A DNA stretch of 64,000 nt from contig NW_027266297.1 of the NCBI RefSeq assembly GCF_022045235.1, positions 45,570,001 through 45,634,000 of the forward strand. Reading direction: 5' to 3'. The stretch comes from Haliotis cracherodii. Lineage: Eukaryota. Shown piece after piece: positions 26,198-38,651 of the stretch. Numbering within the stretch: position 1 is the first letter of the stretch; each line of letters opens with the position of its first letter. The translations under genes and the position numbers were made by a program. The notes beneath the pieces were generated by a model. It was not told where the DNA came from. It was given only the letters and a program-made list of their open reading frames with translations, and searched no databases.

Positions 26198-26850
26198 TTC
26201 CTTTGTGTGGATATCCCAAGATGTAGGGGATACAAATTTGTTCTTATACTCTTTTAAACAAAGGTTACAGGATATGTACAGTCAAAACTGACATGAAAGT
26301 GTATCTTCTTCACGTTTCCTCAGCCATTACAAGGATATCAAGTCTGCTATAGAAGTATAGACGTATGTTAGATGATAAATCGCTTGTTAGGGCATTATGT
26401 GTCATTACACACAGTTCCGTGTGAATTATAGAGGTAGATGTGAAAAAAGGAACGTTGAAATGGGTATCTGTAAAAACTGCCAATCAGGAGAAATTGTGGA
26501 TAAATTTCAAGTTTTATTAGTGTGTGATAAGTATGAACATCTTAGAAAAGAGTATATTCCGATGTTTAACAATGGGCATAAAAACAAGATGTAAATGACC
26601 AGTCTTATAAAATCCAACAACTCTACATTCGTTCATTACCAATATTGTTGAAACGTATATTCTCTGTCAGATAGTTTGTATATACCATGTATATCACGTG
26701 ACTAAACAAATGAAACTGAAAATGTCAACTGTACAATGGACCATGTGGCCTTAGATACCGAATAAAATAGCTTACCTTATCTTATCTGTGTTTCCTCAAG
26801 TAAAAACAATATGGCGTTTTACGCACATATTGCGTTGAATCAATGGCGCC

Positions 26851-27464
26851 TGTTACGACGTAAATTGTAATAAAAAGGTAAATTGTAATACTTGCAACAA
26901 ATTGTAATAATTTTGACGTAAATTGTAATAACAACATTAATTATTCCATTGTGTGTATTACTACCTACTTTACCAATTGAAATATGATTCCATAAGGTTA
27001 AATATGAACAATTATGATGAAAATCGTCAACAGGATATATTACAATTACTCGTAAGTACAAAACACACAGAGTATTTCTCAAATAAATAAGAAAACTAAG
27101 TTCATTCTAGTAATTAATCCTCTTCTGGACAATCATAGAAATGAAATTCCAATGCGTTTATATATACATATAGTTATACAACAATGTACGATAACGACCT
27201 CAATCCTCCCCCACACCCATACTTGACGACTGTACGATAAACCCTGTACCAACCCTGACAAGGATAGGTTCTAGTCATTTAACGTCTTTGACACTAAACT
27301 TATAAGGTTATTACAATTTACGTCAATTTTTATTACAATTTGCGTATTACAATTTTCGTCAAATTTTATTACAATTTACGTTGTTATTACAATTTACGTC
27401 AAAATTATTACAATTTGCTGCAAGTATTACAATTTACCTTTTTATTACAATTTACTTCGTAACA
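26851..27464. mobile_element. Foldback MITE with ~85-bp TIRs and TGT...ACA ends
   Basis: tgttacgacgtaaattgtaataaaaaggtaaattgtaatacttgc mirrored at the right end; internal aaattgtaata subrepeats; no clear TSD. Confidence 0.8.
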
Positions 27465-27764
27465 ACTCCCTTATTCAGAAACGTAGAACAAAAAGTATAT
27501 ATTGTTTTAAAAACACGGCAGAAGTTAGCTGTGACTATTCCGCTAAAAAGACAAATAGATCCGTTTTACGGGGGCAATGTAACTACTGTTAAAACTCAGC
27601 ATCAGTTAGCGTTTAATGGTTGTCCTTGTTTGATATAATTATTAGAAAAAAACACAACAACACAACAACATTAGTTGAGAGTTCAATTTATTTGCCACGT
27701 CCTACAGAATTGCAAGACGCCATAGTTTCAAGAGTTTCCCAGGTTACGCGTGGGTCATCTAGAC

Positions 27765-27860
27765 TGAGTGAGTAGGTTTTACGCCGCTTTTAGCAATATC
27801 CCAGTGATACGGCGAATAGAACCCAGATTTTCGGCATGGTGGGCGAATGCTTTAGCCGGA
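27765..27860 (-). mobile_element. Short tRNA-SINE fragment (family also at ~13630, 46500-46660, 48390-48545)
   Basis: gagtgagt tail plus ttttacgccgcttttagcaatat body. Confidence 0.6.
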
Positions 27861-28149
27861 ACAACGGCGGATTTATGATACCTGGTTTTGAGGGTGGGCT
27901 TGTTTTATCAACAGCAGAAGATATGAACTCAACCACTTACACAGCATAATAAGTCAGCTGTTGTCTGCAGCGACATCATCAGGTCTCCACCTTTGATCAG
28001 GGGTCACAAAAACTTGATTTACTCGTATTTAGTACACTAACGGTAGAAAGTAAATGTGCTTCATATAAAGTTCAATACAAATAAATATATTTTGAAATTA
28101 AATAATGCATCTTTAATATATATTAATGAAGACATATGTTCGGCTTAAA

Positions 28150-29130
28150 GGCCGTGATACACAACTTGCACGTGCATGTTAATGCACGGCGCACAATTTG
28201 GATGTTTGCGTGTTTGTTGGGTGTTTGCCTGGTTTCTAATATTCATCGAAACACAATATTTATCATCTTTTTGGAGACGTTATCTACTACTACGTGGGCA
28301 ACACTCATGACTTGCCACGGGGCGGTCGTCCATGTGACGTCACGCCAACAAGACAACCGTATTCGGTTGTTGCATCAATGGAATCGATACCAAACTGCCA
28401 TATTAACAGCTGGGATAAATTCTGGGGTTGAGATCAATTAGTGGAAGACCCTTACGCAACAGGTTGAGGGAGCACAACATCCGGCCCCGACGTCCATTGA
28501 TACGCCCATTGTTTCACCCATGTCACTGTCAGGCACGCCTAGCTTGACGTAGACAGCATCTGAGGTTCAGAAGACAAGTATATTGTTCACAAATGAGCCT
28601 AGATTTCACCTGGACAGCTCTAATTGTCATGCAAGGGTCTACACGCCCAAAGGTGAACGTTTTCGCGACGCTTGCTTTTCTCAGCGTCGTCAGTTTGGGG
28701 ATGGAAGTATAATGGCATGGTATAATCATCATTGTCAATGGCAATTTTGAATGGCGTACTCTACCGGGACGACGTCGTTCGAGGCCATAATATCTGCCCT
28801 TTGTGCAAATGCAGAGACGTAACATCACGCTGCAAGACAACATGTTGCACATGTATGTTGTAACATACCTTTGTGAGGCAGCTGAACATTACTGTTCTGC
28901 CGTGCCCTGTATATACAGACCCCACCCCCATGTCTGGGGGGGGGGGGGGGACAGAACGACGCCTACGACAGGGCCAGAGCCAGAGCCAGCCAGTAACTCT
29001 AGCTCAATTGAGCCAACCTTTATTTGACCTTTGGAACATCTCCCAGGCATTTTGTAATCATTTAGTGTCTTCGATGCTCTGCCGCCGCTGCCTCGCCTGT
29101 ATCGTCGCAAAAATGATGGGCACACCCAAT
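28150..29130 (+). mobile_element. Degenerate Tc1-like transposase remnant
   Basis: VTSRQQDNRIRLLH, LRNRLREHNIRP and GERFRDACF...FGDGSIMAW-like segments across frameshifts. Confidence 0.75.
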
Positions 29131-29692
29131 GTGAGTTGTCCTGCCCCCTCCCCTTTTTTATGATAATTTATAGACGCCATAGAAAACGCGAGAAAGGTGA
29201 TTTTCAACAGATATACGATAGATGTCTGTGATGTTTTTGTGTGTGTGTGTGGGGGGGGGGGGGGGGGGGGGGGGGGTTCTAAAAAGGCTACTCTATCTGA
29301 AAATCATGAAAATCATGAAAGCATTAATAAGCCAAACTATTTTGCGGAAGGACTGTCAGTTTTGAAAAGTTGCACGCCAGATGGTCGGGAGTTAAAGTTA
29401 ACAGATTGCCAGTTTATTGGTGTGTTTTTTTCTGAGAACTAATATTAAACAGCTCTATTCTTATGTTTACCAGTTTGTAACATTTTTTCGTTATTCTAGA
29501 AATTTCTGGACTATAAAACAGATGATCTGGTCAAGTAAGTTTGCAAAGTTGGCAGTCTGGTGGTGTGACTGATTTGGGGGGAAATCTTATACACTATTCA
29601 TATTAAACATTATAACAATCGATCGAGTTTTCAACAATCACTAACATATTTTACGAGCGCATCTCTATATTGCTTCAGCCGGATATAGATCG

Positions 29693-29730
29693 GTCACGTG
29701 ACGAGCATGACACAAATATCTGGCGGAAGT
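29693..29730 (+). promoter_or_regulatory. Proximal promoter motifs of the FAM151-like gene (CLEAR-type E-box, ETS site)
   Basis: GTCACGTGAC at 29693-29702 and gcggaagt at ~29723 in CpG-rich sequence just upstream of ATG 29760. Confidence 0.55.
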
Positions 29731-29759
29731 TCCCAAGTGATGTCAACTCATCTGCAAGT

Positions 29760-29856
29760 ATGCAAAGTTTTTCCACACGAAACCTGAAGAAATACCTGGG
29801 AGTGCAGATCTTTGTAGCTATTTTTGTTCTTTATCTGTGGTACCAGTTAAATGGAG
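29760..29856 (+). CDS. FAM151-like exon 1 (short basic tail plus transmembrane anchor)
   Basis: MQSFSTRNLKKYLGVQIFVAIFVLYLWYQLNG; donor G|gtgagg, phase 1 matches the next exon. Confidence 0.75.
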
Positions 29857-32800
29857 GTGAGGAAAGTGTGCATAATTTGTGCTAGTTTGGCGCACCTGTC
29901 GAGTAGTAATGCTATCACAAGTATCACTATCAGACGAAGTTACCTGAGCCCTGTGCAAAATTGAAAATGACCAACTGGCTTCCGTATTTGATAACAGTGG
30001 CAACACAAGTTGAATGATGAGGAAATCGACAAAACTTCTGCTCCTCATATTTTTAATTATCATATCGTTTTTTAATTAGGCTAATAACTGAACTTTTCCA
30101 GATTCTAGGACCTTTCGTTTCCTAGTTAGACTATAGGGCCTAGTTGACTGTGAGCGAAATTTGAATCATCAGACATGGACAGTAAATATGAAGGTCACGT
30201 TTCTAATATCAAGCAACATTTCCTACTATTGTCTATAACACCCAGTCATGCAGTCACTGTTGGGCTTGAAGTGGACAGGCAAGACATGTAGTGGAAGGCA
30301 TATGGAGTCCAGAGTTGAGAGCTGTTGATCAAGGACAGGACTCTTGGTTAATACTAGGGCTGGGACGATACACCAACTGTGCCATCCGATACGTATCACA
30401 ATACCTTGTTCAAGATACATGCATGAGCTCTTATCTGTGGTGCGTAAGCCATCTGTTTCATGGACAGGATGGCCAAATACCTGGCACACTGATGATTTGC
30501 AGTTGGCAGTGTCAGGTATGGCATAATGGAAGAAAGTATTTATGTTTTCACATCCAATTTTCACAATTGATTAGTGTTTGGTGTACCGATTATTACAGAC
30601 AACATTTAAGGTATGTATCGATATATTTTACTTAGTGTACCACTGTGATCGATACTGGTATTGAGAAGTAAAAAATCGCAATCCATCGATGCATTGGTGT
30701 ATCGTCCCACCACTAGTTAATAGGTGCACATTTGAATTGTTGCAAGTATTTTGTGCAGAATAATATCAGAAGTGAAACTAAATAAAGCACACACCGACAA
30801 TGTCTTCTGTTTACACCACATGGTGATTCCAGGGTACAATAGGTCCACAGCAACCTGTGTTTGACTTAAGTGGATTGGGTGGGTGGTCAGGCTCTGTATG
30901 ACTTCACAGATTGCTTAATATCAATGAATGGTTTGGCATGGTCCAGACCGATGATTTGCCAGGGGTGCAAAGACACGGAAGGCCACAATAAGGTATGTAG
31001 CTTGGTACACTGCATACCGGTAGTCACAATTCACATCTCATGACACCAGAATAACAACATAGAGGTCAAGTTTATTTATTTTAAAGAAAACATACAGAAA
31101 CTGACATGACAATCACTTCATCTCTAGATGTAGAAACCTTTGGTAATTGTCCCCAAAATAAGACTTTTCTACTGTCATGTATCACAATACTGGTCCGTAT
31201 TGATCCTGTATTGTATTGAAGGGCATGTAGGGCAATGTATATCTGTTTCAGTGTATTGTTTCAACCTTATTATTTACAGGCCACATAGCTGGAATATATT
31301 GCTGAATGCAGAGTTAACAAGCATTCTACCATGAATTTGGAAATTACTCGATTCTGGTTGGTCAGTCAGAAGCTATTTGATCTCATTAAAATCAGATATT
31401 GTTCTTGCTAAGCTTAACAAAGATCTGAGGACATCCCATTAAGGGTCACTTCAGAACGGCCTTTCATCCAACCAATCAGAGCTTCGCTTACCAGATCATG
31501 AAAGTGACAGTCGGAATGTGTTTTCTAATCATGCAACCACGAAATATTTAACAGGGGGTATTCTGAACGACAGTTACAGGTTTTATGATTACATCCATAC
31601 GATCTAGGCCATCTATAAGCCATTCCAGAATGTTCTTATCAGTTTTAATATTTTTAATCGAGAATACGTCAAAATATGTTTCGAAGCGTAGTCGCCAGTT
31701 TGAAACTAGTGTCGTTAAGCTCGAGAAAGCTGTCTTCTGATTGGCTAAAGTCGATTTCTTTTCAGTCATTTCATTGGTCGGTCAAAACTTACGGAAGATC
31801 GTTCTGACATGACCTATAATGGGATGTCCTCAGATCTATGTTTAGCGGTAGCGAAAACTAAGATCAGATTTTAATGAGATTGGAAGCTATTAAGGCACAA
31901 TACAAGTATTATAAGACCAGCCGTTCTCATCTCCTACCTCTACCAGCAAGAGAGAGGATGGGCAAACAAAACTAAATAAAAATATGAAAATATAAACACT
32001 TGATAATCATGGTAATAGTCTTAAGATTAATTTCTGACGTAGATTGGGAAATGTTGGGAGTTTCCTTTGGAAACAAATTGTTGATAAATATAGCTGAAGA
32101 AAGCTCAAGCTGACTTGTTTTTTTGTGAGTGTGCAATGTAAGGAGAATATTTTTTTATCACATTGGGGCATTAATTGCCACAGGGGCAGGGAAATTGACT
32201 TATAAGAAAACCTCATGTTATTTCTCGTCAGAATGTAAGTTCAGGGCGGGAGGAAGTGGGAAAAGCAGAAAGAAATACGGACAGCCTAACTGTGTGTGGG
32301 GATACATACAGATACAATGGTGATGACCTGTGTGAGGTTAGTTGATAAGGTCCTGTAGACTGATGTGTCTATTAATGTGAACCTATCCCACCATGGTGTG
32401 GGTTTCTTCCCTCGTCAAGCACATGTGTTATTTTTCTAAGTCTCTTTCTAAAAACCTTATAGATCTAAACATCTACTGCTTATAAGTTGATCACATAAAA
32501 TCTTGATACCAGTGATATTAGTAACTGTACCATTGGGAGAATGAGTAAAAGAAATTGTAATCCATTATTGTCTCTATTGAGTTAGTAGGGTATATCCTCC
32601 GTGATATTACTGGAATATTGCTCACTCACTAGTAGAGTAAATATGGACAATGACTATCTTGTGTAAACAGGGCACTACTCCGGCAAGCATTAACTGTACA
32701 CTGCATGTAGTAACCTGCACAAATTGTACTGTGGTGACAGTGTATACTGCATGTAGTAACCTGCACAAATTGTACTGTGGTGACAGGGTGTACTGCATGT

Positions 32801-35800
32801 AGTAACCTGCACAAATTGTACTGTGGTGACAGGGTGTACTGCATGTAGTAACCTGCACAAATTGTACTGTGGTGACAGGGTGTACCATGTGTACTGCATG
32901 TAGTAACCTGCACAAATTGTACTGTGGTGACAGGGTGTACTGCATGTAGTAACCTGCACAAATTGTACTGTGGTGACAGTGTATACTGCATGTAGTAACC
33001 TGCACAAATTGTACTGTGGTGACAGTGTATACTGCATGTAGTAACCTGCACAAATTGTACTGTGGTGACAGGGTGTACTGCTTGAGTTGACCTGCATAAA
33101 TTGTACTGTGGCGACAGGGTGTACTGCTTGAGGTGACCTGCACAAATCATGCTGTGGTGACAGGGTATACTGCATGTAGTAACCTGCACAAATTGTACTG
33201 TGATGACAGGGTTTACTGCTTGAGTTGACCTGCACAAATTGTACTGTGGCGACAGGGTGTACTGCTTGAGGTGACCTGCACAAATCATGCTGTGGCGACA
33301 GGGTGTACTGCTTGAGGTGACCTGCACAAATCATGCTGTTGCGACAGGGTGTACTGCTTGAGGTGACCTGCACAAATTGTACTGTGGTGACAGGGTGTAC
33401 TGCTTGAGGTGACCTGCACAAATTGTACTGTGGTGACAGGGTGTACTGCTTGAGGTGACCTGCACAAATCATGCTGTGGCGACAGGGTGTACTGCTTGAG
33501 GTGACCTGCACAAATTGTACTGTGGTGGCAGGGTGTACTGCTTGAGGTGACCTGCACAAATTGTACTGTGGTGACAGGGTGTACTGCTTGAGGTGACCTG
33601 CACAAATCATGCTGTGGTGACAGGGTGTACTGCTTGAGGTGACCTGCACAAATCATGCTGTGGCGACAGGGTGTACTGCTTGAGGTGACCTGCACAAATT
33701 GTACTGTGGTGACAGGGTGTACTGCTTGAGGTGACCTGCACAAATCATGCTGTGGTGACAGGGTGTACTGCTTGAGGTGACCTGCACAAATCATGCTGTG
33801 GCGACAGGGTGTACTGCTTGAGGTGACCTGCACAAATCATGCTGTGGCGACAGTGTGTACTGCATGAGGTGACCTGGCCTTCAGTAGTGTTTATCCCCAG
33901 AAATTACATTTGCTACTTTTGTTGTTTCCAGGATTGATACCAAGTTTTCTGCGTCCAAGACTGCCCTTCCTGCAGGTCGGCCCTGATGTCCATGTCCTTA
34001 TGTTCTTCGGAGATGCGGAGGATGATGGGAGCAAGATCAAGTGGGCTCGTGCAGTTAACACCAAGGCCAAGCTGGATGCTGCAGTCAAAGGTAGTGCTAA
34101 CACTATATGTATGTTGGTTTCAAGGATGGGCCCTTTGACTCATCTGAGGGTCACTCTTACCCCAAATCAAAGGTATCACAAGTTAATGTTGAGTCATGTT
34201 GAGAGCAACTCAGGAGTACGTTTTGTCCTTTAGTATGTCCTTTAATCATACAAGGGACATTTCTTTCACCACACCTTATGGCATTTCTGTTAAGTGCTTA
34301 GGTAGGTTAAAATACATTGTTTACCCATACATTATATCATGTTATATAAAACCTGTGTCTGAGGCCACACATTATTTTAATTTGTTTCACAAGCCAATCA
34401 ACTTTACTGAAAAGCAGCCAGTCTAAGAAATAAATTAAAAATAAATTTATTTATTTTTATTGTCTCCCACAAGTAATATAGACCCTCTCATACATTGTAC
34501 AATGTTATGATTGTATATAAATTCCATGTCTTCTATCAGTTATTCAAGATGCCACCTGCAGTTTTTACTCCACAGCAGAATGACTTTCAGATATATCAAT
34601 CAATCAGTCAATCTTTATTTCGACCAACCTTGTGTGGAAAAGCTGGAATAAATTTGTGAAACAGAAAATGAAAAAAGTGTGGACTAATGTGAATCAGAGG
34701 ACATAATTTTGTTACATGCCAGATTATATACAATATCCAATTTATGCAAGACTCCGGCATCTGTAGCAGAACATACAGTTGTAGTGTCTCCTATCTGGCA
34801 GCTGTAGCAGAACATACAGTTGTGGTGTCTCCTACATAGCAGCTGTAGCAGAACATACAGATGTGGTGTCTCCTACATAGCAGCTGTAGCAGAACATACA
34901 GTTGTGGTGTCTCCTACATAGCAGCTGTAGCAGAACATACAGTTGTGGTGTCTCCTACATAGCAGCTGTAGCAGAACATACAGTTGTGGTGTCTCCTACA
35001 TAGCAGCTGTAGCAGAACATACAGTTGTGGTGTCTCCTACATAGCAGCTGTAACAGAACATACAGTTGTAATGTCTCCTATCTGGCAGCTGTAGCAGAAC
35101 ATACAGTTGTGGTGTCTCCTACATAGCAGAACATACAGTTGTGGTGTGTCTCCGTTATGGCAGAACATACAGTTGTGGTGTCTCCTACATAGCAGAACAT
35201 ACAGTTGTGGTGTGTCTCCGTTATGGCAGAACATACAGTTGTGGTGTGTCTCCGTTATGGCAGAACATACAGTTGTGATGTGTCTCTGTTATGGCAGAAC
35301 ATACAGTTGTGGTGTGTCTCCGTTATGGCAGAATATACAGTTGTGGTGTGTCTCCGTTATGGCAGAACATACAGTAGTGGTGTCTACTACATAGCAGAAC
35401 ATACAGTTGTGGTGTGTCTCCTACATAGCAGAACATACAGTTGTGGTGTGTCTCCTACATAGCAGAACATAGAGTTGTGGTGTCTCCTACATAGCAGATC
35501 ATACAGTTGTGGTGTGTCTCCTATATAGCAGAACATACAGTTGTGGTGTGTCTCCGTTATGGCAGAACATACAGTTGTGGTGTCTCCTACATAGCAGAAC
35601 ATACAGTTGTGGTGTGTCTCCGTTATGGCAGAACATACAGTTGTGGTGTCTCCTACATAGCAGAACATACAGTTGTGGTGTGTCTCCGTTATGGCAGAAC
35701 ATACAGTTGTGGTGTCTCCTACATAGCAGAACATACAGTTGTGGTGTGTCTCCTATATAGCAGAACATACAGTTGTGGTGTGTCTCCTACATAGCAGAAC

Positions 35801-38651
35801 ATACAGTTGTGTGTCTCCGTTATGGCAGAACATACAGTTGTGGCATGCCTCCTAAACAGCAGCTGTAGCAGAATCTACAACTGTGGTGTGTCCTACCTAG
35901 CAGAACATACAGTTGTGGTGTGTCTCCGTTATGGCAGAACATACAGTTGTGGTGTCTCCTACCTAGCAGAACATACAGTTGTGGTGTGTCTCCGTTATGG
36001 CAGAACATACAGTTGTGGTGTCTCCTACATAGCAGAACATACAGTTACTCTTTACTTGTTTAGGAACAGTCCACATGGTGGAGGGGGATGTGATCCTGAG
36101 AGGCCAGGGCACCAAGGTGCAGTCCCTTGTCCCCGTGATGGGGAAACCTCCGCAGACAGATAGTGACGTCACGCTCACAGAGTGGCTTGATGCCCTCAAG
36201 TTCGGCAACAAGGGCATCAAGCTTGACTTCACCTCCATCGACAGTGTGGAGATATCACTAGAGAAACTGAAACAGATGAATGAAAAGGTAAGTGCCGTTA
36301 TGTCCTAAGTCATAATCTGGAACAGACAAGCCGCAGGTTAGACCAGAACTCTTTTGTGTTGTTTTCCATTCAGTTCAGAAGATGGTGTTGTATTAATACA
36401 CACAAAGAAACATACTTATTGGGGTTTTCATTCATTGGATGTTATGATATATTGTTGCAATACTGATAATATTCAAAAGAGAAAGAATTACCAAGACAGT
36501 TCATTTGCCAAATTTTTCAGTTTTTCATGACCAAATATGTGTATTATTTTTCATATTTTTTTAACTTCTCCTGCATTACTCCTTAATGCATTCACTGCTA
36601 ACCTTTTAACACAAGTGAAGCTATGATTGATCCTGCTGAAGAAAGAAAAGGTGTTGTTCTATTCTGAAGCAGGACCCTCCCAATCACTAGATGCCACGTC
36701 ATACCGGAAGTGGTAGATGCCCGATTTCTTCATATCATTGTTCATCACCATACAGACCACATGTACATGTGCTGCTAAATGATCCTCAAGTTTTCGCTGT
36801 TTGCTGTCCTTGTGGCTTTCAACACTTCAAAAACCTATATCAGTCCCCCTGTGACAGGTTATATGCAACAAGCATGAAATAATGTCCGGTTGTGAAAGGC
36901 AAGAAATATCGTACGGTTTTCAAGATGTGACCCTAAAAGGAGCACTACCGCCATTTTCAATCTTAGTCATAGTTGTTGCCATGGAAACTCAAAATTATAT
37001 TTTTAAAAAATCCAAACTATCAGTTTGTCACTAGATCTATCTATGTGCCATGTTTGGTTTAGACATCACTGTGAATTTAGTTCTGTCCCAGAAGTGAAAC
37101 ATGACGGATGGATGGACAGCACCCATTCTTATATCTCCCTTCCACTTTGTGGCGGGGGATAATAATATGTATATTAGCATGTGAAGGTGACAGTGTGTCA
37201 TAGTTTTTCACGTGTCGTTCCGTTTCACCATTTTGAATTGCTTCACGGTCCTTCGCGAATATTGTTCTGTATGTCAAGGCTGGCTAGGTATTAGCATTGT
37301 GCATAAATATCTTTGGCACTTTATACGCTGTTATGGTGTAATATTATTCTTATTCCTGTAATTGAAGGCTGTATATATATATATAGTAACCTTTGCTTAT
37401 TTGATTTTTTACTTCTCCTGCATTACTCCTTAATGCATCTTTATCTGAGTTTAGGTGACCTCCCCTGATTCCATCTGACCCATGCCACAATAATATCAAT
37501 GACCGGTCCTTATCTTCCTTGTGTGAATTTGTATTTTAATGTTGCAGAAAACTATAGAGTTTCCAGTCTGGCTGCATGCTGATGTATTACAAGGCCCTCA
37601 TGGTGGTAAAGCCACGGTGGTTGCAACACGGTTCTTCAAAACAGTGAAGCGAGTGTTCCCCAAGTGCACCCTGTCGCTAGGCTGGACGTCTGGCACCCAC
37701 ACAGACCTGAGTCAGAGCGGCTACTCCTGGGAGATGGTGATGGCCATGCGGGACTTGGTCAAATCCTGGGACGTGGATGACCAGCCAATAGTCTTCCAGG
37801 CTCGTCTATCCCTCATCAGAAACTCCGTCCCTCAACTCAAATGGCTGATTGATGTTGTCCCCCACTCTGCCCTGATGATATGGCACTCTCCAGAAGATGT
37901 CAAGGTGTCCGAGGACCTCATGTATGTCTGCTACAGGTTTGCACCAAATACTGTGTTCTTTGACTTGAACGAGGACTACCTTCAGTCCCACTTGAAGCAG
38001 TTCAGGCACTTCTCCAGGGAGAAAGTCAATGAGTTGGTCAAGAAGAGAGATGAGGTGATGTTCCACCCTGGGGCTTGGGTCAAGATGGGGTTCTGGAAGG
38101 AGCAGGAGTCCATTCTGGCCAGCACGGAGGCTCTAGTCCTTGTCAGCCCCATTGTGTATGTTATCAGCAAGTCCAAGTACAAGCCTACACCAACAATAAG
38201 GCTGAGTGGGCGTGTACAGTTCCTCAACCGGGAAGGGAAGGAGGCAGAGTCAGGGCGCACAGGATTAGACATTTTTATTCGACCAACTGCATATGCTGAT
38301 TTTGACAATATTGTTGCAATAAAATGTTTTCTGGGTGTGAATGGAGAGATTGAGGTGTCAGGCAGTAATCTGAAGACAGAATTCCGTAGAAAATCACAGA
38401 AAGTCACGCCAAGTTCTGTCAACTGTTTTAGATTCAGTGTTATTGATGCAATTCACGAGATAATTTTTCGTGTCAATATTCTCCATGAGTGTAACACATT
38501 GGAGAGCGTGAAGGAAGACACTGAAGTTCACGCAGAGCTACACATTGACATTCCATCTACGCTGGGAGTGGGTGAACATCCCTTCATCATTAAGCTAGAT
38601 GACAGCAGAAGAGTGGCAGTGATCGATGAACTCAACATCAAACACACGTGA
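29760..38651 (+). CDS. FAM151B: FAM151/menorin-family (DUF2181, PLC-like phosphodiesterase fold) protein, 4 exons, 527 aa
   Basis: Exons 29760-29856, 33932-34090, 36064-36287, 37548-38651 join in frame (1584 nt, all GT-AG); motifs DGSKIKW, MVEGDV, PPQTDSDVTLTEWL, KGIKLDF, PVWLHADVLQGP, LSLGWT, GYSWEMV, VFFDL; A versus B paralog assignment uncertain. Confidence 0.88.
30355..30715. mobile_element. hAT-type MITE in FAM151-like intron 1
   Basis: TIR tagggctgggacgatacacca / tggtgtatcgtcccaccacta; 8-bp TSD gttaatac/gttaatag. Confidence 0.85.
31378..31882. mobile_element. Mutator-like MITE with long TIRs, copy 1
   Basis: ~60-75-bp TIRs (atctcattaaaatcagat...gatctgaggacatccca); 9-bp TSD gaagctatt. 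Confidence 0.9.
32697..33877. repeat. 46-bp minisatellite (~25 copies) with two unit variants forming a gradient
   Basis: tactgc(atgtagta|ttgaggtg)acctgcacaaattgtactgtggtgacagggtg. Confidence 0.97.
33932..34090 (+). CDS. FAM151-like exon 2
   Basis: ttccag|GA...AAAG|gtagtg; encodes DGSKIKWARAVNTKAKLDAAVK. Confidence 0.88.
34760..36046. repeat. Composite ~35-44-bp minisatellite
   Basis: Core gcagaacatacagttgtggtgt(gt)ctcc with alternating tails. Confidence 0.95.
36064..36287 (+). CDS. FAM151-like exon 3
   Basis: tttag|GA...AAG|gtaagt; encodes MVEGDV...KGIKLDF. Confidence 0.92.
36866..37165 (+). mobile_element. Possible Helentron-associated (HINE/DINE-1-like) non-autonomous element
   Basis: acaag... 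start, (gacg/gatg) microsatellite and terminal hairpin followed by ggggataataa; similar pieces at ~45000-45145, 45960-46352, 48560-49210. Confidence 0.4.
37548..38651 (+). CDS. FAM151-like exon 4 (rest of DUF2181 plus ~200-aa C-terminal domain)
   Basis: ttgcag|AAA, long ORF to TGA. Confidence 0.93.
   Translation, partial: KTIEFPVWLHADVLQGPHGGKATVVATRFFKTVKRVFPKCTLSLGWTSGTHTDLSQSGYSWEMVMAMRDLVKSWDVDDQPIVFQARLSLIRNSVPQLKWLIDVVPHSALMIWHSPEDVKVSEDLMYVCYRFAPNTVFFDLNEDYLQSHLKQFRHFSREKVNELVKKRDEVMFHPGAWVKMGFWKEQESILASTEALVLVSPIVYVISKSKYKPTPTIRLSGRVQFLNREGKEAESGRTGLDIFIRPTAYADFDNIVAIKCFLGVNGEIEVSGSNLKTEFRRKSQKVTPSSVNCFRFSVIDAIHEIIFRVNILHECNTLESVKEDTEVHAELHIDIPSTLGVGEHPFIIKLDDSRRVAVIDELNIKHT

Larger units (their letters stand above)
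21430..26790 (+). mobile_element. 5'-truncated degenerate LINE (RTE-X/CR1-like RT) split by nested insertions
   Basis: RT motifs KSAGEDGIP, SESQAGFR, AFVDFKKAFD, GVRQGCILSPILF, QFAGD, VNLSKT; resumes after 26205 with a C-terminal CxxC region and ends with aataaa plus a (cttat)n-like tail. Confidence 0.85.

Noticed and set aside
37806-38422. Antisense and alternate-frame ORFs over FAM151-like exon 4 (and + ORFs over SCP2 exons)
   Set aside because: Shadow ORFs of real coding exons
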